Assembly: GCA_025451235.1 (NCBI GenBank)
Contig: JANWKT010000025.1
Coordinates: 56,201-120,200, forward strand
Source of the DNA: Flavobacteriales bacterium
GTDB lineage: Bacteria; Bacteroidota; Bacteroidia; CAIKAF01
Length of the DNA: 64,000 nucleotides
Reading direction: 5' to 3'
Shown here: in pieces, positions 58,461-64,000 of the stretch
Position numbering within the stretch: the first letter of the stretch is position 1
Layout: each line of letters opens with the position of its first letter
Notes under the pieces: model-generated
What the model was told of the DNA's origin: nothing
Seen by the model: the letters and a program-made list of their open reading frames with translations, nothing else
Database searches by the model: none
Position numbers and translations under genes: made by a program

Positions 58461-59933
58461 ATGTTGCCACCAATGCTTAAAAGCAAAGAAATAAAAGGGC
58501 TGATTATTTGCGTGCTGGCATTAGTGCTGGTGAGCTGGTCGAAATTGGTCTTTACCGGCAGCATGAAAGTAGACAACAACCCGGTAAGCACCTGGCAGGG
58601 CTTGTCCATATTTCTTATTTTCGGTGTATCCCTTTTTATCTATGGCCGGATCTATTATAAACTCTATAAAAACGCCGGACAACTTACCATTAGCCATTTT
58701 CAAATAAAAAAGTGGGGGTATATCCATATTGTGCTGGCCAGCCTCATGCTTCCTATTTTATCGAACGATATTTTTCTATACATGGCTTATGGCGATTTGA
58801 GCAATATGGGACATGATGTTTTTAGAGAACAGGATATCATGGTCCATAGCAAATGGGCCTATCTGGTAGGTAACTGGAAAGATTCGCCCTATCTATATGG
58901 CCCCCTTACGCTTTGGATCGGGAAGATCGCCAATTGGATAGGGGGCAACAATGTATACATCGTACTTTTCGTATTTAAACTCATTTGGGCTTTGATCGCC
59001 ATCTGCTTTTTAGAGATCATGAGTCTTACCGTAAAACATTTGGGGGATTTTATATTGGTCCTATTTACTCCTGTGTTCTGGCTCCAAAATATTGGCGGAC
59101 TCCATTACGACCTGGTGGCCGGCTTCTTTTTGCTGATCGCCGTTTATTTTATTTCACAACAAAAAATAGTCTTCTCGCTAGTAGCCATTGCCATTGCTTG
59201 CATGTGCAAAATCGTATTCCTGATCTTTGTTCCATTTATTTTACTCCATTATTTCTTTATCAATCCGAACAGGATCACCTGGAAACCCATGGTCTATTTT
59301 ATCATGGGCATTGCCATATCAGCGATCCTGGTTGGCTTAAGTTATTTGCCCTTTTGGAAAGGAATGGAAACCATTAGCGTTCCACTCAAATATTTAAATA
59401 CCCAGGAACCTTCCAAATCGTTCTCAGAAGTATTGGGTGAACTACTGAACCTGGTATTTGCAGATGCGGCTCCAAAAGATGAATTGGCAAATACAATAGA
59501 TAGCACCAGCAAGATCTGGTGGTGGAAACAATGCAGGATCGCATTCAATATTTTAGGGATCATTTTAGCAGTGATCGTCTCCATCGTTTTCATGGTAAAA
59601 ACAAAATTTGTTTTTTATAAGACAGTTCTGGCCGAATACTGGATCAAAATATGCCTGGTATTTTTCTTCTTCTACAGCCATATCTTTAATGCCTGGTACC
59701 TCATCGCCCTGCTTCCATTTATTCCCTTCCTGGGGCATAATGAAAGACTCAAAAAATATATCATTGTGGTTTCTGTTTTCTCCAACTTACATATGATCCT
59801 GTTAAACATTGGACGTGATTCATTTGTTTATTATTTATTACCTCCCATCGTGTTCATCAATATTTGCCTGTTCCTTTGGCAATTCAGGAAGAATTTTTTA
59901 ACCGTTGAATCTAATACAGGTCAAGACCTATAA
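58461..59933 (+). CDS. Polytopic membrane protein, putative GT-C-fold glycosyltransferase-like (paralog A)
   Basis: 490 aa with 12 or more hydrophobic helices. Conserved first-loop Asp motifs 'LPILSNDIFLYMAYGDLSNMGHDVF'. C-terminus 'WQFRKNFLTVE'. Confidence 0.7.
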   Translation: MLPPMLKSKEIKGLIICVLALVLVSWSKLVFTGSMKVDNNPVSTWQGLSIFLIFGVSLFIYGRIYYKLYKNAGQLTISHFQIKKWGYIHIVLASLMLPILSNDIFLYMAYGDLSNMGHDVFREQDIMVHSKWAYLVGNWKDSPYLYGPLTLWIGKIANWIGGNNVYIVLFVFKLIWALIAICFLEIMSLTVKHLGDFILVLFTPVFWLQNIGGLHYDLVAGFFLLIAVYFISQQKIVFSLVAIAIACMCKIVFLIFVPFILLHYFFINPNRITWKPMVYFIMGIAISAILVGLSYLPFWKGMETISVPLKYLNTQEPSKSFSEVLGELLNLVFADAAPKDELANTIDSTSKIWWWKQCRIAFNILGIILAVIVSIVFMVKTKFVFYKTVLAEYWIKICLVFFFFYSHIFNAWYLIALLPFIPFLGHNERLKKYIIVVSVFSNLHMILLNIGRDSFVYYLLPPIVFINICLFLWQFRKNFLTVESNTGQDL

Positions 59934-59934
59934 G

Positions 59935-61410
59935 ATGAACAACCTGGATCAACCTACCAAAACCCCCTGGATCTTCTTGCTGGCAAGTATTGCATCGCTA
60001 TGTGGCATAAGCTGGCTGAAATATGGTCTCACAGGAAATATCCGGGTAGACCATAATCCTTTTCCTGCTGCATGGAGCTATCCGATTTTTGTTTTGTTTG
60101 TTGGATCATTGGCATTGTTCGCTTACAATTATTGGAAGATCATATGGAAAACAGAAAGTAAGAAAACCAATTATAAAAAAGAAGCCTATGGGATCATTAT
60201 CCTGGCCTCCTGTATGCTCCCTTTCTTATCGAATGACGTGATCATCTATTTAGGTCATGGTTACCTAAGTAACCATGGAGTGGATGTATTTGCCAATACC
60301 GATATATTAAAAAACTCTGCCTGGGCACCCTATATTGAAGATTGGAAGGATGGTCCTTTTGTTTACGGTCCGATCAACTTGATCCCCGCCAAATTAGCCA
60401 ACCTAGTAGGTGGTGAAAGCATATGGTTTACCTTGATCACCTATAAGATATTGATGCTATTGGTGGGGTTTGGGATCGTTGAATTATTGCATAAGATCGT
60501 AAGAGACCCTAAAGATCTGCTGATAGCTGTTCTGGCACCTGCCTTCTGGCTCCACAATGTGGGACATTTACACAATGACCTCATCGCTTGTTTGCTGGCC
60601 TTAACTTCAGTTTTCTTTATCCTGAAAAACCAGCTATTGCCTTCGGCGGTGTTTATAGGGATCGCCTTATCGTGTAAGGTATCGGTGATCATTTATGTAC
60701 CATTTATATTTAGCCTCTACTTTTTTACCTCCGAAGAAAAAATGGTCCAGAGATTTGGTAAAATGTTCCTATCTCTACTTCTATTGGCCATCACCGTTAT
60801 CGGCTGTTATGCTATTTTTTACGACGGGGGAGCCAGCATCACCGTTCCATTCAATTACCTGTCGAACCAACAACCATCGAAATCATTTGCAGAAATATTG
60901 GGTGAAATGCTGAATGTTATTTTTAGTGGTATCAATCAAGCCAATATTGAATCCGAACTTTCCATGGAAACCATTCCCACCACAGATCCCAAAATATATT
61001 GGTGGGGAATTTCAAAAACCATTTTCAATATGATTGGCATCCTGTTATTTATCGTTACCGGACTTATATTCGCCATTAAAACAAAGATGAAATTTAACAA
61101 AGAACTTACGATTGAATTTTTTATCAAAATCTCTTTTATTTTCTTTTTCATCTACTTACATATTTTCCAGGCATGGTACCTGGTTTTATTAATTCCGCTG
61201 ATCATGATCAGCCAGAACAACCGGCTTAAAAAATATTTCATGGTCCTTTGCTGTTATTCAGGCATTCATACCATTATTATCACCATTGCACGACCTTCTG
61301 CCTTGTACTATATATTGCCATTGCTGGTAATGATCAATGCCGGATTGTTTGTTTGGCAGTTCAGGAAAAATTATTTGACCGTTGAATATAAACCAGAAAA
61401 TAACGGATGA
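59935..61410 (+). CDS. Polytopic membrane protein, paralog B of 58461..59933
   Basis: ATG 1 bp after the paralog A stop. Collinear similarity throughout ('LPFLSNDVIIYLGHGYLSNHGVDVF' ... 'WQFRKNYLTVE'). Confidence 0.7.
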   Translation: MNNLDQPTKTPWIFLLASIASLCGISWLKYGLTGNIRVDHNPFPAAWSYPIFVLFVGSLALFAYNYWKIIWKTESKKTNYKKEAYGIIILASCMLPFLSNDVIIYLGHGYLSNHGVDVFANTDILKNSAWAPYIEDWKDGPFVYGPINLIPAKLANLVGGESIWFTLITYKILMLLVGFGIVELLHKIVRDPKDLLIAVLAPAFWLHNVGHLHNDLIACLLALTSVFFILKNQLLPSAVFIGIALSCKVSVIIYVPFIFSLYFFTSEEKMVQRFGKMFLSLLLLAITVIGCYAIFYDGGASITVPFNYLSNQQPSKSFAEILGEMLNVIFSGINQANIESELSMETIPTTDPKIYWWGISKTIFNMIGILLFIVTGLIFAIKTKMKFNKELTIEFFIKISFIFFFIYLHIFQAWYLVLLIPLIMISQNNRLKKYFMVLCCYSGIHTIIITIARPSALYYILPLLVMINAGLFVWQFRKNYLTVEYKPENNG

Positions 61411-62912
61411 GCTTCAACTCCAAACCATATACATATACAGGTTTGTTATTATTTCTGGTAGCAGCAATCATGTCGGCAGGTTTTCTGCATCCGGACGAAC
61501 ATTTTCAGATACTTGAATTTGCCAATTATAAATTGGGGGGAACAGGTTCCCAGAACCTCACCTGGGAATACCAGGAGCAAATGCGTCCCACTTTTCAGGT
61601 ATGGATTGCTTATTCTCTCTGTAAATACATGAAGTTCTTCCATTGTTTCAATCCTTTTATTGCCGCCATGGTCCTGCGATTAATTACTGGTTTGCTCATG
61701 TGGCTGGTATTGGAACAATTTGCCCAACGATTTAAATCGGAATTGAAAACAAACAGTGGAAGTAAATGGTTCATAGTTCTCTTATTTCTTACCTGGTTCA
61801 TTCCCTTTATCGCTGTGAGGTTTTCATCAGAAGTATTTTCGACCATCGGGTTTACCGCTGCTTTGCTGATCTATTTCAGGAAAAAATCGAGCCGGAAAAC
61901 AACCTTAGGTTATGCACTCGTAGGATTTATGATGGCCCTTGCATTTATCGTCCGTTACCAAGCTGGATTCATGATCTTCGGTCTGGTTGCATGGATGCTT
62001 TTTATCAAAAAAGAAAAGCTGGCAACCTTGCTTAAAATATTTTCCGGGTTTATGATAGGCGTGGGCATTGGCATACTAAGCGACCATTGGTTCTATGGTG
62101 AATGGACTTCTACAGCCTACAATTATTTTTTCCAGAACCTCATCGCTAACAAAGCCTCGGAATTTGGAACTTCGCCCGTTTGGTATTATGCATTACAAAC
62201 GCCCCTGCTCGTATTCCCGCTATTCGGACTGGTGATCATTCCCTGTATCATTATTTTTTGTATTCAGAACCCACGTCATTCGTTTGTTTGGATCATGGTT
62301 CCATTCTTGCTGGTACACCATATCATTGGACATAAGGAATTACGTTTTATGATCCCGATGATCCCCTTTGTGATATTTGCTATCGTGGCAACGATGGAGA
62401 AAATTACATGGATCAGGAAAATGAAATGGGCCCTATACCCATTCTTAGTGATCAACTGTTTAGCACTCATCATTCGTACGATATTACCGGCGGATGACCA
62501 GAATGGATTGTACAGGGCAATTTATAAAAACTATAGAAACCATTGGATCGTGTACGCCGACAAGGATAAATATAACCTGTTGATCAATGATGAACCGAAT
62601 AAAACACATAGAGATCTTAATCAAGAGTTTTACATGCCTCCTACTTTCCTGAAACAGAAATACACCACTGAGGAGGACCTTGATATTATTCTTTTTCACC
62701 GGAACCAAGCAACTATCATTATTTCACGCAAACAACACTATGAAACTCATTTAAAGGCTCATCTTGAAAAATTGGATCTTCAGCCAAAAGTGGTTTTTGA
62801 AACATATCATCATCACCTGGAATTCATGAACTTCAATGAATGGATGTATAATGAAAATATGGGCTGGTGGGTTTTAATTGCGGTAGATTATCAACATAAA
62901 TCTCAATTGTAA
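61407..62912 (+). CDS. GT-C membrane glycosyltransferase with GT22 (ALG9/PIG-B-like mannosyltransferase) signature
   Basis: N-terminal 'FLHPDEHFQILEFANY' matches the HPDEHFQ..E motif of the Glyco_transf_22 family. 501 aa and polytopic. ATGA overlap with the upstream gene. Confidence 0.7.
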   Translation: MSFNSKPYTYTGLLLFLVAAIMSAGFLHPDEHFQILEFANYKLGGTGSQNLTWEYQEQMRPTFQVWIAYSLCKYMKFFHCFNPFIAAMVLRLITGLLMWLVLEQFAQRFKSELKTNSGSKWFIVLLFLTWFIPFIAVRFSSEVFSTIGFTAALLIYFRKKSSRKTTLGYALVGFMMALAFIVRYQAGFMIFGLVAWMLFIKKEKLATLLKIFSGFMIGVGIGILSDHWFYGEWTSTAYNYFFQNLIANKASEFGTSPVWYYALQTPLLVFPLFGLVIIPCIIIFCIQNPRHSFVWIMVPFLLVHHIIGHKELRFMIPMIPFVIFAIVATMEKITWIRKMKWALYPFLVINCLALIIRTILPADDQNGLYRAIYKNYRNHWIVYADKDKYNLLINDEPNKTHRDLNQEFYMPPTFLKQKYTTEEDLDIILFHRNQATIIISRKQHYETHLKAHLEKLDLQPKVVFETYHHHLEFMNFNEWMYNENMGWWVLIAVDYQHKSQL

Positions 62913-62944
62913 AAACTCAATTATATTTGCACCTGATAAAATAA

Positions 62945-64000
62945 ATGAACAGCAGAATATTATTAGGCATATTGATCATCATTCATATTTTCCTGGCTTT
63001 TTTTAAGCTGGGGCATACGCCTATGTGGGATGATGAAGCCTCGGTAGTATGGTTTGCCAAGAATTACAATAAATATGACAAAGTAGTAGGGTATGATGGT
63101 ACCAACCTTTTCTCCTACAGAAATGGGAGTTTGATCAACAATGAATTGGAATACAACAACCCTCCCCTGGATATCATCTATACTTCCTATGTGATTAAAT
63201 ATTTTGGAGACGATGATGTTACGGTAAGGGCATCCTACGTGATCCTGGGTATCATTGCTTTATTTATTTATCTGCTTTGTTTAAAGCTGATCACAAAAGG
63301 GGATACCAAATGGTTTACCTATACGGCCATCATATTGATCCTGTCCATCAGCTATATTATGGCGGAACGAAATGCCAGGTACTATTCGCTTAATTTTTTA
63401 TTTGGAGCCCTCAGCCTCTTTGCTACCCTCAAGATCACTACGGCCACCAGCAGACTAAAGGAAGTCTTGTGGCTCTTTGCCCAGGTGATTTTTATTTATA
63501 TTTTATTTATCAGTCATTACCTGGACGGTATTTGCTGGTGGGCCATGTGTGGATTTATTCTTTTACTGTACGGAAAACTCAAATTCAGCTTTAAACATTC
63601 ACTCAATTATGTAACCATTATTTTATACAGTATTTTATTGGTTGTTATCTATTCATATATAATGGACCACCGGGTATTCAATCGACCCGACCTGGTGAAT
63701 TCCGACAGTACCTTCCAGAAATACTTCAAATTGACCGGCTGGTTCTTTAATGACCTTAACAGGGCCAATATAGTTCCTTTATGGTCCGTTTTGTTTCTTA
63801 TATTTTTATTCTTCCGAAGAAAAAAAATACTTTCTCCGGATTTTAAAAAGATGGCTTACGCAACCATACTTTTCCTCTCATTGATCTATATGCTAAATCC
63901 CCAAAATACTTCTCAATCCTCCTGCTATGAGATCCGTTATCTATATATCATTTTTCCCATTTTATACCTTTACGCTGGTTATTTATTAAAACTTGTGCAT
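62945..64000 (+). CDS. PMT_2/ArnT-like (GT39/GT83-type) polytopic glycosyltransferase, 3'-truncated by window end
   Basis: ATG at 62945. The frame is open for 352 codons to the window end. The first loop 'LGHTPMWDDEASVVWFA' resembles the DE-motif loop of polyprenyl-phosphate-sugar-dependent GT-C enzymes. Confidence 0.65.
   Translation, partial: MNSRILLGILIIIHIFLAFFKLGHTPMWDDEASVVWFAKNYNKYDKVVGYDGTNLFSYRNGSLINNELEYNNPPLDIIYTSYVIKYFGDDDVTVRASYVILGIIALFIYLLCLKLITKGDTKWFTYTAIILILSISYIMAERNARYYSLNFLFGALSLFATLKITTATSRLKEVLWLFAQVIFIYILFISHYLDGICWWAMCGFILLLYGKLKFSFKHSLNYVTIILYSILLVVIYSYIMDHRVFNRPDLVNSDSTFQKYFKLTGWFFNDLNRANIVPLWSVLFLIFLFFRRKKILSPDFKKMAYATILFLSLIYMLNPQNTSQSSCYEIRYLYIIFPILYLYAGYLLKLVH

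Noticed and set aside
1-64000. CRISPR arrays, IS elements/transposases, integrases, rRNA or tRNA genes
   Set aside because: No regularly spaced direct repeats and no DDE or tyrosine-recombinase-like ORFs. No tRNA-like or rRNA-like sequences were recognised on either strand. Computational tRNA/rRNA scanning was not possible here.

Overview
This 64-kb window looks like a chromosomal segment from a member of the phylum Bacteroidota. The evidence is about 40% GC, multiple proteins carrying type IX secretion (T9SS) C-terminal sorting domains, and TAnnTTTG-type -7 promoter motifs. It is gene dense, with roughly 60 CDS, mostly separated by hairpin terminators. I could not identify any rRNA or tRNA genes, CRISPR arrays, transposases or integrases by eye.

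Recognisable housekeeping genes include gpmA, recQ, yidD, purM, prfA, pyrF, gyrA and clpC. There is a DEAD-box helicase and two cold-shock proteins flanking a flotillin-like gene, and a PLP cystathionine lyase, an M61 peptidase and a Lon-N domain protein in one minus-strand operon. There are two two-component systems, and a TetR regulator with a palindromic operator overlapping a divergent promoter.

An accessory-looking block at 35–45 kb encodes five T9SS cargo proteins plus a soluble histidine kinase with two single-domain receivers.

The candidate I rate highest is at the 3' end of the window (57.4–64 kb). An ECF sigma factor and a 54-codon ORF closed by a strong intrinsic terminator precede four contiguous polytopic membrane proteins. 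Two of these are tandem paralogs. The third carries the GT22/ALG9-PIG-B 'HPDEHFQ' signature, and the fourth has a PMT_2/ArnT-like N-terminal 'WDDEA' loop motif. Together they suggest an undescribed envelope lipid-linked glycosylation or mannosylation module.

Other notable structures:
- a roughly 200-bp nested palindrome with perfect 20-bp terminal inverted repeats upstream of recQ;
- an AAA+ ATPase gene bracketed by three copies of a 16–17-bp repeat;
- tandem paralogous secreted or membrane proteins sharing an RYKHVPRVKV motif;
- a metallophosphatase plus P-loop NTPase gene pair.
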